This document shows positions 1-14,897 of a stretch of DNA of 64,000 bases, in pieces. A program made the translations under genes and the position numbers. Source of the DNA: Octopus vulgaris. Lineage: Eukaryota. Every line of letters begins with the position of its first letter. Position 1 is the stretch's first letter. Below the pieces are notes generated by a model. That model searched no databases and was not told the origin of the DNA. It was given only the letters and a program-made list of their open reading frames with translations. The stretch is from positions 26,598,001 through 26,662,000 of the forward strand of contig OX597839.1 of NCBI GenBank assembly GCA_951406725.2, read 5' to 3'.

Positions 1-12
1 ATCATAACACAC

Positions 13-60
<48 letters not shown>

Positions 61-416
61 GAAGAAGAATAGAGAACCAAGTGAACCAACTAAAATCACA
101 TAAATGCTACATCAAAAGAGATTAGGACACTTATTGAGTAGAAACACGTGTCGGCTTAGAATTTAATGCGAATTTAATGAGGATAATATTGTGATAAACA
201 AATTTTGAAGATATGAAAATTCTCCATTCTTCTTTTATGATGTCTTCATTCTACACTCTGTATTCTGCAGAAGTCAACTCAGCATCAATCCAGTTAAGTA
301 CCATGTAACTGTCAATTCTGTATTTTCTCTATCATTCAATGTGGTTAGCGAAATCTGGATTATATCAGAGTTCTAATAAAGGTACCAGCCTAGATTCCAA
401 ATCCCCATTCCTTTAA

Positions 417-635
417 CCCTTTAGTGTTCAGATTATTCAATCAAACATAATGCCTATTGATTCCCATTGATTTAAATTAATCATGCATTATCTCATATCT
501 TCAAGATCTTGATGGTGTAATTACTTAATGTAAAATAACATTGTAGGGTAGGTGTGAGAGCCTGGATCTGGTCAGTTTGAACATAAAACAGATTAAATAT
601 TTTGGCCGGATATGGCCGGTTTAAATACTAAAGGG
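417..635. mobile_element. piggyBac-like MITE family 1; also at ~5440-5990, 8582-9085 and 9092-9620 (all interrupted) and 23935-24155
   Basis: TTAA|CCCTTTAG...CTAAAGGG|TTAA: terminal inverted repeats with a TTAA target duplication. Confidence 0.85.
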
Positions 636-651
636 TTAAGCTATAATTATA

Positions 652-849
652 CAAAGGGATGCTGAGAGTTCAAGGCTTTAAGGGTATTTCAAAAGGCCTG
701 GTTGGAGGCCCAACCTTCTGAGGTCTTTTACAGGGCTTAGAAAAACTGAAGGATCCCTAAGAGCAGGATATGCTGAATAAGATCATAATTAACTGATCCT
801 CTTGTATTTTCTTTTGCCTAAAACCAGGAACTTTTCAGCACCCCCCTCA
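652..849. mobile_element. mariner-like MITE
   Basis: TA-flanked imperfect TIRs CAAAGGGATGCTGAGAGTTCAAGGCTTT / AAACCAGGAACTTTTCAGCACCCCCCTCA. Confidence 0.65.
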
Positions 850-3236
850 TACATATATCATGGAGAAGAATGGAAAATCAACTCCACTCTGTGGGATGGT
901 TGGTGTTAGGAAGGGCACCCAGCCGTAAAAGCTGTGCCCAAAACTGATACAGAAGCTTGGTGTAGTCTTCTGCTTGGCTGGCTCCTGTCAAACCGTCCAA
1001 CCCATGCCAATATGGAAGGCAGATGTTAAACAAACAATGAACAATATATGAATATATTTTAAGAAATTGGAATAACAAAGGAAATAATTATGTTATGCAC
1101 TTCATTAGCTTACAGCTGTTTCTGCTACAAGGTGAAATGCACTCAGAGCTGAGTACTTGAGTACCAAACTATTGCTTCATTGGAGCTTCAAAGTTAACTT
1201 GGGAAAGATTATGATGATTTACATCAAGTTCTAACACTAGATTAGTTAGTATCAAAATGCCTAAATTAGATATTAATATACATTCAATTACGAATTAAAA
1301 GTAGCGCTAGTGTTGGAAACATTATCAACTGCACATAATGTATGTATTTGGCTTGTTTGCCAGATCGCTGCGGTATAGCGCTTTGGGGATGGCTCCCTCA
1401 CAGCACCGGGTGTTAAAAGACCAGAAAGTCATAGAGAAACAAGACAAATCGCCTCCAATCCCATTCAGGGGTGATGGACACTGATATTTTACCATTTCTG
1501 TGGCTTATCAACATCATGTGCCTGAATTGAACAAGGGACAAACCAAACTGCCAGTCCATGATTACACACAAATAGTGTAAGAACCATTTTCTGTGGCGTC
1601 AGTGATGAATATGTAAGACTAAACTCACGGATGAATTAAAAACAGCACTGGTTTTGTGTATGCGTATAACACACATATACATACAGGAGTTAAGGAATGA
1701 AGTAGGTAAGATCAGGGCTAAATATGTTTCATAATGAGCGGAACCTCAGCAGTGGTACATATATAAGTGGGGTGTATACTGCAGGCAACTCGTCTTGTAT
1801 TCTTAATCGCATACCCGACAACCCTGGTTGCCTACAGTGAAATATGAATTTTTTCCAGCTTATTTGTACTTTGATACGAAAGAACTATAACTTTCCACCT
1901 CAATAAAACACTTTTGTTCCTGAAAGGTGTTTCTTATATTCACTACAGATTGCTTGAAGCTAACTTTCTTCCTACACCCTGATCCCTGGATCTTACGTTT
2001 TTATATATAAATATATGAGTTACCACTTACAGTGCACAGGAAATAAAATATACAGAGCTCTACACACACACATATATATATATCGAAACGTGGGGTAGAT
2101 GAAACAAAGGCGACTGAAGAAGGGGAATTTTCCTTGTTTTGTATGTCCTGTACTCTATTTTTTCGTTGTTTAAGAAAAATGTCCATTTCCTTGGTTTTGT
2201 GTTTATGTTTTTGTTTCTCATTCTGTTCGATGTTTTTTTGGTGTCCTGTACCCATATATATATATATATATGCATGTATATATACATGTAGAGGTAGGTA
2301 CGTATGTATATGTATGTATATATGCATATGTTTAATTCATTTATTAATTTATTATATATATAAATATATATATATATTATTATATGTAGAAAAATACAAA
2401 CTGGGACAAGAACATAAAACATTTAGAAGACGATACAAAAAACACGGATGGGACATTCGAAGCCTTCAATCTTCAGTCAAGAACCGGATCATCCTCGCAA
2501 TTTCGGCTGATTAATCTTGAGATCGCTCCGATCCGGCCAGCCCCAAGAAAAAACTAAGCTACGAGCATTAGATTTCTTGGAAAAAGGATCGAATGTACAC
2601 GAAACAAGGACAGAAAAACGGACGATGCCACGCGAATATAAATACAAAAAAACAATAATAGTAATAACAGGACAAAAACAGCATATATCTCTATATATAA
2701 TATATATATATAAATAAAAGGTGTTACTGGTCAACATACATAAGCTTTGTTAGAATACAAATGAGGTTAAATAAAAATGCACGATAGGATAGTCAAGTTG
2801 GAGCAGAAATGAGTCAAAACACAGCAGGAGTTTTAAAGCACCCCTGCAGCGCTAGAAGCCTCAAATTTCCTCAAGCCCCGTCTCGTTTATCATGCAATTT
2901 TACTACATTCCCAATACACACTCATTATAATAGATTTTTCTTCTCTTTTCTTTTCTTTTTCCTTTTTTTTTTTTTTGCTTCTGTAGTTGTCGGCTACTGG
3001 TTTTCCTTTCCGTTTATTTTTACAATAAAAGCTGCATTTCCATTTCACATCAATACTCATCGCACATGCATCGTAGCTTGCAGCAATTTTGAATGCAGAA
3101 CGAGATTCCTGTTAACACAGGCATAAGTTTATTCAACAACTAAAAACATACAGGGCTGGGGAGGCCAGGGCGGTGCGACGATAACATTCTATTCTGCACC
3201 CTCCTGTCAATGCATCTATCTAACACTGATTAAGCA

Positions 3237-3250
3237 GTCACCATGGTAAC
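3237..3250. promoter_or_regulatory. Canonical RFX X-box motif
   Basis: GTCACCATGGTAAC fits GTNRCC-AT-RGYAAC and lies in non-repetitive sequence; function unproven. Confidence 0.4.
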
Positions 3251-3635
3251 AGAACTTATTTACTCTTTCCAGCAATCCATTTTTTGAAGGTTATATAGCC
3301 TTTTGTAGATAGTACGCTGTGTGCACTATCTGCAGCATCGTTGCATTTGCAATACTTGGAACAGGGTGCCTTAACAGAGCACCAGCAACGCTGCTATAAC
3401 ATCAGACGAATTTACTATACATCCTATATCCATGAATGAGTCATGAATAAACATAAAGCTTATATATATATATATATATATATATGCATACATACACAAG
3501 CACTCAGCCAAAAATATACATATATACATATATATACACACATACACACAAATATATACATATATATATATATATACACTATGTATATATAAACACACAC
3601 ACATATAAATATACATATTACATTATATATATATA

Positions 3636-4012
3636 GGCGTAGGAGTGGCTGTGTGGTAAGTAGCTTGCTTACGAACCACATGGTTCCGGGTTCAGTCCCG
3701 CTGCGTGGCACCTTGGGCAAGTGTCTTCTACCATAGCCTTGGGCCGACCAAAGTCTTGTGAATGGATTTGGTAGATGGTAACTGAAAAGAAGCCCGTCGT
3801 ATATATGTGTGTGTGTCTGTGTTTGTCACCCCAACATCGCTTGACAACCAATGCTGGTGTGTTTACGTCCCCGTTACTTAGCGGTTTGGCAAAAGAGACC
3901 GATAGAATAAGTACTAGGCTTACAAAGAATAAATCCCGGGGTCGATTTGCTCGACTAAAAAGGTGGTGCTCCAGCATGCCCACAGTCAAATGACTGAAAC
4001 AAGTAAAAGAGT
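3636..4012 (+). mobile_element. tRNA-derived SINE family A (dominant family), representative + copy; other + copies at ~6460-6745, 9128-9490, 11233-11595, 21082-21497, 29472-29840, 30269-30678, 44515-44670, 45700-46082, 49758-49880, 54095-54890 (split), 57568-57725 and 58761-59490 (split)
   Basis: A-box TGGCTGTGTGG and B-box GGTTCAGTCCC, central GGCACCTTGGGCAAGTGTCTTC, an internal (TA/TG)n tract and an (AGTAAAAG)n tail; more than 20 similar copies. Confidence 0.92.
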
Positions 4013-4342
4013 ATATATATATATATTATATACAAATACACACACATTTATACATACACATATATTCATATTTCTACACACGCATATATGCATGCATACA
4101 TACATACATACATATACATATGTATTATTATTGAAAGCGATTATACTAATTGACAAAAATACTTATATCTTAACCGACAGCTGGGAAAGACATTTATGGA
4201 AATTCTGAAGTAAATTACAAATCGTTTAGGGCACACACTTTAAAAATTAATTAAAAACCAACAACATCTATTTTAAGAGATTTATAATTATTTCAGTTTT
4301 AAATCTGAAGTATGGCTCTGTGTGTATGTGTGCGTGTGTATG

Positions 4343-4395
<53 letters not shown>

Positions 4396-6767
4396 CAGAT
4401 TAGATGTTTCACTATAAAACTACCTATACATGTCGTCATGTAACATCCGTCTTCCATGCTGGCATGGGTTGGATGGTTGACAGCAGCTGGTGAACCAGGA
4501 CTGTGCCAAGCTCCATTGTCTGTGTATAGTTTTTACAGTTGGATGCCCTTCCTGATGCCAACCACTACAGAGAGGACTGGGTGCTTTGAGCGTGGCACCA
4601 ATATCGGTGAGATCTGCTTTGGCATGGTTTTTTTTTTTAACTGCTGGATCCCCTTTACAGAGTGGACTGGGTACTTTTTACATGACACCAGCACAAAAGA
4701 AATTGCATTTTCACATAGAGAGCCAGGCCATTATATATTTAATGGTCTCTATAACAATACTTAAAAGGGGCCCCTGTCAACACCCAGATGTTCTTCCAGT
4801 TGCCAACCCCTGTTTTTGAGCAAGCTAACATTTCTCCCAGTCCCCTGAATATGAGCAGCAAACTGGATGGACATGTTTCCACAGCAGACTACAAACAAAC
4901 TGTTGTAAGATGGTGACATGTGTTTACATTTACCCTGCCATGTCAAAGTAAGGAAACGTACACTTAAACACACGCAAATACATGTAACATACTTTCACAT
5001 CCCTCAATATTATATCTCACTCAATCGAGGGATCTTGGAGGCCTTACCCGCGCAGGTGCTACATAAAAAAGCACTCAACAGAATAGATTGCTCGTGAAAT
5101 TAACGGTGCAAGTGGCTGAGTACTCCACAGATGTGTACCCTTCATGTAGTTCAAAGAGAGATTCAACATAACACAGGTGACAAGGCTGGCCCTTTGAATT
5201 ACAGGTACAATTAATTTTTGCCAGCTGAGTGGACTGGAGCAACGTGAAATAAAGTGTCTTGCTGAAGGACACAACGCGCTGCTAAGAATTGTAATCAGGG
5301 GCTGAATATCCTCACCACTGAGTCATGCACCTACAGCATCCAGCTGTAGAAACCAGGTTAAAGCAGAGGGAGCTCAGAGCAGCCCCTTGGCTTGTCAATT
5401 CCTGTTGAAATGTCCAACCCATACCAGCATGGGCATTAACCCATTAGCATTCAGATTACTCTCTTAAATGTAATCTTTGGTCGCTGTGACCCTCATGCCG
5501 GTGGCACATAAAAAGCACCCACTACACTCTCGGAGTGGTTGGTGTTAGGAAGATTGGAGCCTGGTGCAACGTGCTGGCTTGCCAGTCCTCAAACTGTCCA
5601 ACCCATGCCAGCATGGAACATTCGATTGTGGCCGTTGCCAGCCTCCGTGCCGGTGGCACGTAAAAAGCACCATCCGACCATGGCCGTTTGCCAGCCTCGT
5701 CTGGCACCTGTGCCGGTGGCACGTAAAAAGCACCCACTACACTCATGGAGTGGTTGGCGTTAGGAAGGGCATCCAGCCGTAGAAACACTGCCAGATCAGA
5801 CTGGGCTTGGTGCAACCTTCTGGTTTTGGATAATCATGCATTATCATGTAGCTTTGAGGTTTCAATGATGCGACTATTTAGTTTTAAAATGACACTGTAG
5901 GACAGGCGTGAGAGGCTGGACCTGGTCAGTTTGACCATAGCACAAGTAGAATATTTGGACATGATATGGCTAGTTTAAATGCTAATGAGTTAAATTATTA
6001 TTTAAAATTATATGACAGGCTTCTTTCAGTTTCCATCTACAAAATCCCCTCACAAGGATTTGGTTGGGTCAGAGCTGTGGTAGAACACACTTATCCAAGG
6101 CACTGCAGTGGAACTGAACCCAAAACAACATGTTCTCAAAGTAAACGTAACTACACTGCCCTGTTAAACAATTTAACCTACATTTACTGCAAGCCATCAT
6201 CAATGAGAAGATTTTTTTTATAACAGAAGACTTCCATTGAAATAAACGAAGAAGGAAACACAAAGATACAAACAGTAAATTCAATACAATTTATCAAGAA
6301 CAAAAATCAATGCTTATTATTATTATTATTATTATTATTTTAATTGATGGAACATTAGATCAATTTTTAGTTGAAGCCAGTAAACTTGACTGCTTATAAT
6401 CAATGAAATGAAGAGAAAATTGGCTTTGATTTTCAGTTTATACACAAACATATCAGTTTCAGGAATCTTGATGACTGTGTGGTAAGAAGTTTGCTTCCCA
6501 ACCACATGGTTCCAGGTTCAGTCCCTCAGTGTGGCACCTTGGGCATGTGTCTTCTACTATAGCCTCGGGCTGACCAAAGCCTTGTGAGTGGATTTGGTAG
6601 ATGGAAACAGAAAGAAGCCTGTTGTATAAGTGTATGTATGTCCCTGTAACTTAGCAGTCTGACAAAAAAAAAAAAAGACCAACAGAATAAGTACCAACCA
6701 AAGACTAGTGAGTGGATTTGGTAGATGGAAACTGAATAAAGTCCATCATGTGTGTGTGTTTGTATAA

Positions 6768-7075
6768 GATGTTGTTTGTTCCTTCTGGATCCGTGCCTGG
6801 CTCATAAGGGCCAGTTTCCTGGTTTCATTGATGTATAAGGTCCTCTCACCTAGACAGGACGCCAGTCCGTTGCAGGTGAGCTGCAAGATGCAGGAGGAAA
6901 GAATGAGACAAAGTTGTGGCGAAAGAGTCAGCAGAAGTTTGCCTTTACCTTCTGCCGGAGCCACGTGAAGCTTAGGTGTTTCATTCATAAACACACACAT
7001 TGCCTGATCTGAGATCTGAACCTGTGGTCCTTCGACTGCAAATCCGCTGCTCTAACCACTAGGCGATGTGCCTCT
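6768..7075 (-). mobile_element. tRNA-derived SINE family C
   Basis: Minus-strand head GGCACATCGCCTAGTGGTTAGAGCAGCGG...GGTTCAGATCTC and an (AAC)n-like tail. Confidence 0.7.
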
Positions 7076-7100
7076 ATGTGTGTATGTGTATATATACATA

Positions 7101-7317
7101 CAGTAATCCCTCGAATATCGCAGGTGTTACGTTCCAACCCCCAACCCGCCGCAATATTTGAAAATCCAAAGTAGAAACAGTACTGTACTGTATATTTTTT
7201 GTAATTATAATTTGTATATATTTCTTTTATTATAAATGCAAAACACCACAGAGGTATCGACGTAGGCTTAAATAATAAACTGTGATAGGTGAACCGCAAT
7301 ATGGCGAGAGATGACTA
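7101..7317. mobile_element. pogo/Tigger-like MITE
   Basis: TA|CAGTAATCCCTCGAATATCGCAG ... CCGCAATATGGCGAGAGATGACTA imperfect TIRs. Confidence 0.65.
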
Positions 7318-7326
7318 CATATATGT

Positions 7327-7605
7327 CAGTGGTTCTCAACTGGGGTCCAAACAAGCCAAATAGTAAATTGGGGATCCACAGTAGTATTTTAAGGGTCTGT
7401 GAAAAAATTTTGCTCGGGATATGTCTATTGCAAGAAACTGCTAGCTTTAACGTTTTACATAGTTCAGCCTATGCAAGTGAATGTGTGAAAAACAAAATTA
7501 GAATTTTAAATCCCATAGCCATTTGGTGAGGATAAGGGAGGGGGTCCACCAGGGTAAAACAGTAATCAAAGAGACCCAGAGACAAAAGATGGTTGAAAAC
7601 CACAG
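7327..7605. mobile_element. hAT (Charlie-like) MITE
   Basis: CAGTGGTTCTCAAC ... GGTTGAAAACCACAG termini. Confidence 0.65.
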
Positions 7606-8053
7606 GTGTGTGTATGCAGGTATCTGAGTTTTCGCATTCTGATAATGTGGTAAGTTGCTAATGCACATTATCATCGTACAAACATTGTCGCTTGTTTCCA
7701 ATCTTCCCCCCCAAAACAGGCCCAGTCATGGGGAAATATTACCCTTGCTTGGAAATAGATGAGGGCTCACGATGGGGAAGGGGATCCTGACGTAGAAAGT
7801 CTGTCTTAATGAGCTCCATCTGATCCGTACAAAGCATGAGAAAGTGGATGTTGAAACGATGATGATGATGATGGTGATTTTCAGTCATTGGACTGCGGAC
7901 ATACTGCAGCCATTCATTGAAGCATTTTAATCAATCAAATTAAACCTCCAATATTTAAAGTTCGATATTTATTCCACGAATTACACAGATACCAGATGTC
8001 AAGTGTTATCAACAAAACAGGTTATGGAGAGTGACAAATACAATAATTTAGAT

Positions 8054-8243
8054 CAGTGCTTCTTAAGCTATGGGTTGCAACCCCATTTGGGGCGGCAAAG
8101 CAAAATGCTGGGGTCGCAAAAATTAAATTCAAACACTAGAATTTCAGTTTATGTTATTTCACAAACACATTTAATACCTGCGGTTGTGAAAAATCTTGCA
8201 ATGAAAAATGGGGTCATGAAAGAAAAAAGTTTAAGACGTACTA
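8054..8243. mobile_element. hAT (Charlie-like) MITE with an 8-bp TSD
   Basis: CAGTGCTTCTTAAGCT ... AGTTTAAGACGTACTA, flanked on both sides by ATTTAGAT. Confidence 0.75.
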
Positions 8244-10335
8244 ATTTAGATACACACACACATACATGACAGGCTTCAGCACAGTTTCAGTCAACTAAAT
8301 CCACCTATAAGACATCCAATCAGTATGGGGGTCTTATGGTAAAACATTTGCTGAAGGTGGTGTGAAGTGTGATTGAACCCAAGACGACATTGTTTCAAAG
8401 TGAACTTCTTAACCATATGGCCACGCTGGTGTGGTGATCTCAAACCCTCTCTTTTCCTCAAGGATTCACCAGTATGTAATTGTCCCTCTATATTCTGAGT
8501 TTAATTTCCTTTAGGGGTCAACTTTGCTAGTCGTCCTTCCAGGTTAGTAAACTAAATGCAAATCAAACTCAGTCAATTTAACCCTTTAACTTTCAGACTG
8601 ACGGACTCTCCCCTTGAAGACGGAGCATTCAGCTTCTGCTGAATGACACACACAAATGATTTGTTTATAGGGGTCAAATTCTCGTGCCACACGTTAGCTC
8701 ACTCTCTCCATCAAATCAACGTTGTCTGAACAGGTGCACAGGTGTACCATGCATCAGGTGTCAAAGTGATTGTAAAACAAGGTGAGATGAAGTGTTCTGA
8801 TCAAGAACACAGTGCACTACCTGGTCTAGGAATTGAAATCACGATTGCTAGATTGTGAGTGCAATACGCTAACCACCAAGCCGTGCACCCTCACATTCAG
8901 ACTACTCTGTCAAATAATGCTTATTGACTCACATCGTTTTGAATTAATCATGCATTATTTCGTGGCTTTGAGATTTCAACGATGTAATCACTTATTTTTA
9001 GAATGACACTGTAGGGCAGGTATGAAAAGTTGGATCGGGTCAGTTTGAACTTAAGACAAACAGAATGTTTAGGCCAGGTGTAACAGATCCAACCCTTTAA
9101 TGTTCAGATTATTCTCTCAAATGTAATTGCTTCCCAACCACATGGTTCCAGGTTCAGTCCCACTGTGTAGCAAGCACCTTGGGTAAGTGTCTTCTACTAT
9201 ACCCTGAGGCTGACCAAAGCCTTGCGAGTGGATTTGGTAGATAGAAACTGAAAGAAACCTGATGTATAGATATGTGTGTGTCTATCTCTGCCCCCCATCA
9301 TTGATTGACAACTGGTATTAGTGTTTACGCAACCCCCCACCAAACTTAGTGGTCCAGCAAAAGAGTCCAATTGAATAAGTACTGGGCTTTAAAAATAAAA
9401 AATAAGTCCCAGGGTTGATTTGTTTGAATAAAACCCTTCCAGGCCATGCTCCAGCAAGGCCACAATCAAATGACTGAGACAAGTAAAAGAATTTCATAGC
9501 TTTGAGATTTCAATGATGTGTTTATTTTTATAATGACATGATTGGCTAAGTGTGAGAGGCTGGATCTGGATAGACTGAACATATATACAGAATATATTTG
9601 GGCTGGATATGCTAGAGGGTTAATCCACCATTATCACTTATCTCCAATTTGTTGCTATGATACAAATATTAATAATTTTAGTTCACACACGCACAAAAAA
9701 AAAAAATAAAAATATTATTTTCATTTTCAATTTTTCTGATGATGATAATGATTTCAGAAATTAAATTCAATTTATCTACTAAACAAAAGAAATATTGGTA
9801 TTGGAAAAATGGAGCAGGGGTGGACAAAACTACTTTGAATTAATTAATCTAATCTTGACTGGCTTAAATTAATATAACTGAAAATGGACTGAGTGCTTGA
9901 AAATTTAATCAATGACGAATGATTGATTGTTAAATATGAAGACCAGCCAGCATCTAACAACATTTGTTCAATAAATGCACTTTGTGATAACAGTTTTCAA
10001 ACTTCAATACAAAGCTCCTGTCTCGATTGATTTTATTGCAGAATGCATGTGTGAGGAGGTACATGGAAGCCGTTCTCCTGCCAAGGACATAACAACTGTC
10101 TTGTACGCTTTTCAAGTGTAAAATTCTCAAAGCTGCTCTTTCTTTGAATTTCTATATCGTTTATCCTTTACTCCTTTCAGTCATTAGACTGCGGCCATAA
10201 TGGAGCACTGCACTGAGTTTTTAGTCGAAAGAATTGACTCTGGTACATTTTTTTTCTTTTAAGCTAACTACATCATTTTATTCTACCAGTCTTTTGCTAA
10301 ACCGATAAGTTACAGGGACATAAACACAAGCATTA

Positions 10336-10370
<35 letters not shown>

Positions 10371-10547
10371 CTTCATCACGTTGAACTGTTAATCTCAATA
10401 CATTTTTTTTTCATTCTCTCTCCATTTTATCCCCCCTCTTAATTCTTTCTGTTGAACAGCATAGGCTCGAAATGTAAAAGACTTTTCCATTCTTCCCAAG
10501 TGTTAAACCTGCTTATGGTTATATATATATATATATATATATATATA

Positions 10548-10918
10548 CTAGCACTATGACTCGGCAACGCTGGGTCATAGTGCTAGTGCATGCATATACA
10601 GCTGCGTGCGTGCGCACATACACACGAGTACTGTCCAAATCTCCGACCAATCACATACAGCTAGCTGGCATTCAATTGGCGTATCAAGTTTGGGGCATTT
10701 TGATTGGGTTTTGGATAGAAAATTCACAAAAAAGTCACTTCTATTGATTTTTTTAATGGCTTTGCGGGGTGACTGGGGAAATGTAAAGATGTGCACGACC
10801 ACCCTTGAACGGTTTTGAATGACCATAGAAAGTGCGAACCCTCTATCTGAAAATTTGTGGATTTCTATAAAGGATACACACACACAGACAGACATTTTGC
10901 TGTTTATATATAGAGAGA
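10548..10918 (-). mobile_element. Non-autonomous Helitron
   Basis: Minus strand begins A|TC(TC)TATATATAAA and ends with a GC-rich hairpin plus CTAG|T. Confidence 0.7.
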
Positions 10919-12986
10919 TACACACACACACACATTGCAAGTTACATTAATAATTTTGAAATCCCACCATAACTATATAGACACAGTGTATATACAATGG
11001 GCTTCTTTAATTTCCATTTATTAAATCCACTCACAAGGTTTTGGTCGACCTGAGGCTATAGTAGAAAACATGTGGCTAAAGTGCCAAGCAGTGAGACTGA
11101 ACTCGGAACCATAATCTTTTACTTGTTTCCATCATTTGACTCAAAATGATGTAGTTAGGAAGCAAATTTCTTAACAACAGCCAGGTTTGGCAACTGGAAG
11201 AGCATCCAGCCACTGAAACACCGGTCTCATCATAGGCATGGGAGTAGCTTGTTTACCAACCACATGGTTCCGGGTTCAGTCCCACTGCATGGCACCTTGG
11301 GCAAGTGTCTTCAACTATAGACTCGGGCCGACCAAAGCCTTGTGAGAGGATTTGGTAAACGGAAACTGAAAGAAGCCCGTCGTATATATGTATGTGCATG
11401 TGTCTGTGTTTGTCCTCCTAGCATTGCTTGACAACCGATGCTGGTGTGTTTATGTCCCCGTCACTTAGCGGTTCGGCAAAAGTACTGGGCTTACAAAGAA
11501 TAAGTCCCGGGGTCGAGTTGCTTGATTAAAGGCGGTGCACCAGCATGGCCGCAGTCAAAATGACTGAAACGAGTAAAAATAGAAAAAAAAGAGAATACCA
11601 ATTTAGAGGGTAAAAACTAATGTTAGTTACACAAAGAGAAATGCTTTCTTCTCAGCTTATAACCAACAATGAACTAATACCAACAGAATTACAATACCAT
11701 ACTAACATAACAGAATTGTTAACAATGGTAACTCATAAATAAAATGAAAAACTCTGTCTTTTAAAAACTAAAATAGAACTGCCAACATGTCAACAAATAT
11801 TTTACACTGGAATTATACACTTCCAGTTTGTTTGTTTGTGTGTGTGTGTATATATAAGTTGAAGTTGTTAAATAAAAGGGAAGAGACTTTAGAAGTTAAC
11901 CTGGTTTTTAAACTAGACAATCAGGTTCTTGTTGCAAGTTGCTAATTAATTTTTTTTTTTTTTTTTTTTTCAAGATCAGATCTGATGAGATTTAAATTTT
12001 AATAAACAGCTGTGGTGGTCATGGTAAACATGTCGATATTCTTTTCTATCAGCATCAGACAATAACCTTAAGCTGATAGATATATAATGATGGTGATGGT
12101 GATGATGACGATCTGGCGAATTTTATTGACGCACAAGGCCTGGGATTTTGTAGGAAGGGTAAATCGATTATATCGACTTCAGTGTTCAACTGGTACTTAT
12201 TTTATCGACCTCGAAAGGATGACAAGCAAAGTCGACCACAGAGGAATCTGAACTCAAGAACGGACGAAATACCTATTTCTTTACTACCCACAAGGGGCTA
12301 AACACAGAGGGGGACAAACAAGGACAGACAAACGGATTAAGTCGATTACATCGACCCCAGTGCGTAACTGGTACTTTATTTAATCGACCCCGAAAGGATG
12401 AAAGGCAAAGTCCACCTCGGCGGAATTTGAACTCAGAACGTAACGGCAGACGAAATACCTTTAACCATTTCGCCCGGTGCGCTAACGATTCTGCCAGCTC
12501 ACCGCATTAATAATAATAATAATAATAATAACCCTTTTTACTAGAGGTGTAAAGTCTGAAATTTTTCATCGATCCTTAGCACATTTTTTTTTTTTTTAAT
12601 GAAAGGATGAAAGGCTACTTATTTTGCTCGACTCTCAAAAGATGAAAAGCAAGAGTCAATGAACCTTGTAACAGACACAGTACCACACTTCAGAGAAAGA
12701 CAAAAAAAAAAAAAACCGAAATCACTTTTAATCTTCTAGAATTCGAAAACATAAATTTTAAAGGAAAATGCCTTATTTAGATAAAGTTTTCGGTACAATT
12801 CTATAAACAGGATATTTAACTCAGCAGCAGCAACAGTAGTAGTAGTAGTAGCAGCAGCAGTAACACCAGTGGTAGTCGTGGCTATTTCGAGTACAATTAA
12901 CCTAATGTGAGTGGAGTGTCAGCATTTAATTACTAGCTAATAAAACAACCTATTTTGTCAACTCGACTATATGTGTGTGTCTATGT

Positions 12987-13020
<34 letters not shown>

Positions 13021-13647
13021 ACATTAAAAATAAATTCAGCATAAAAATAATATAAAAAATGCTGTTTATTGTTAAAACTGGAGTTCAACTAGAAATTATA
13101 AGAGATGGCGGTGGGGGCAAGAGGGGGGTGGCGGTGGTGGTCGGGGGGGGAGGGCGATATCGGCACGCCAGAAACACGAGATAGGTAGGTCAATAGCAGG
13201 AAGTGGATGGTTTTTTTTTTTTGGTTTTTTTTTGTTTTTTTTGGTTTTTAAGGCTAACTATATCAATTAAATAAATACACACCCACCCGCTTCAACAACA
13301 CACACAGATATAATATATTCAACTTAGCTCCACTTCAAACACAAAATAAATTCATAATATATATGTGTGTGTGTATATATATATATGTGTGCATATATAT
13401 ATGTGTGTGTGTATATATATATATGTGTGTGTTTTTATATATATATGTGTGTATATATATATATGTGTGTGTATATATATATGTCTATATATATATATGT
13501 GTGTCTATATATATATGTGTGTGTATATATATGTGTATATATACATATGTGTATATATATATATATGTGTATACATATGTATATATACATATCATCATCA
13601 TCATCATCATGTATATATATATGTATATATATATATATATATATGTG

Positions 13648-13693
<46 letters not shown>

Positions 13694-13823
13694 AATATAT
13701 GCACGCACAATAAAATATCACAAAAATATGTAGGATGTCATAGGCAAAACATACTGTAACGGTCAGGTATAGAGGCAAAAATAACACTATTTTACTCCTA
13801 TACTTGGAGTATCTATCTATCTA

Positions 13824-13860
<37 letters not shown>

Positions 13861-14112
13861 AGAGAGAGGTCGTTGGTAAAAGGAGAAAGGTTTTAGTGGA
13901 GGCTCGTTGCAAGACAGAAAGACAATAGCCACATCTCTAAGGAAACAACACCTTAAGCCCTGATCACAAGATATCTCGTGACAGCTAAATTGGTGAAATA
14001 AGTCACAGGGTTTTCAGAGAGTTAAGACACTAGATTAGCATATTTGGTCCCCTCCCAACTCACACGGTTTTAACATTGTATGGACATAGCTGTGTTGGCG
14101 TGTATGTATATT

Positions 14113-14145
<33 letters not shown>

Positions 14146-14396
14146 ATATAAACACACACACATGTATAACTATATTTGTCTATATATATATATACACACA
14201 TACACACACACGTGTGTGTATATATACACACATGTGTGTGTATGTGTGTCTGAAACTAAATATTTCAAGTGCATTATAATTTACCGCGAACAAAATGTGC
14301 TTATGTTTATTGAATGTATATTATATACACATGCATGCGTATGTATGTGTGTAAATATATATATATATATATACATACAAACACACACATTCATTC

Positions 14397-14449
<53 letters not shown>

Positions 14450-14681
14450 CTCGTAAACTTGAAATATTACGATCCATGTAGATAACCAGAAAACAGGAAT
14501 TCTTTTCTTCTCAAAACGAAGAATCTCACAAGATTCTGAAAAATGGATGATGATGATAAGAAGTACGCTCTCTCCACGCCCCCCACTTTTTCAAAATAAT
14601 ACAATACATCAATAATTCATGTTTACAATCTATATATATTATATCTATACACTATCTACCACAGCCTACTATACACACACA

Positions 14682-14737
<56 letters not shown>

Positions 14738-14849
14738 CATAGTTTTCAGTAATTGGCAGAAGTTACAGAGTGACTCGGAGGCCGGGAATTTCGTCGATTG
14801 GTACTTAAAAAGTCAGGTGGAGAGAGAAACAATTCTATTTTATTTCTAC

Positions 14850-14897
<48 letters not shown>

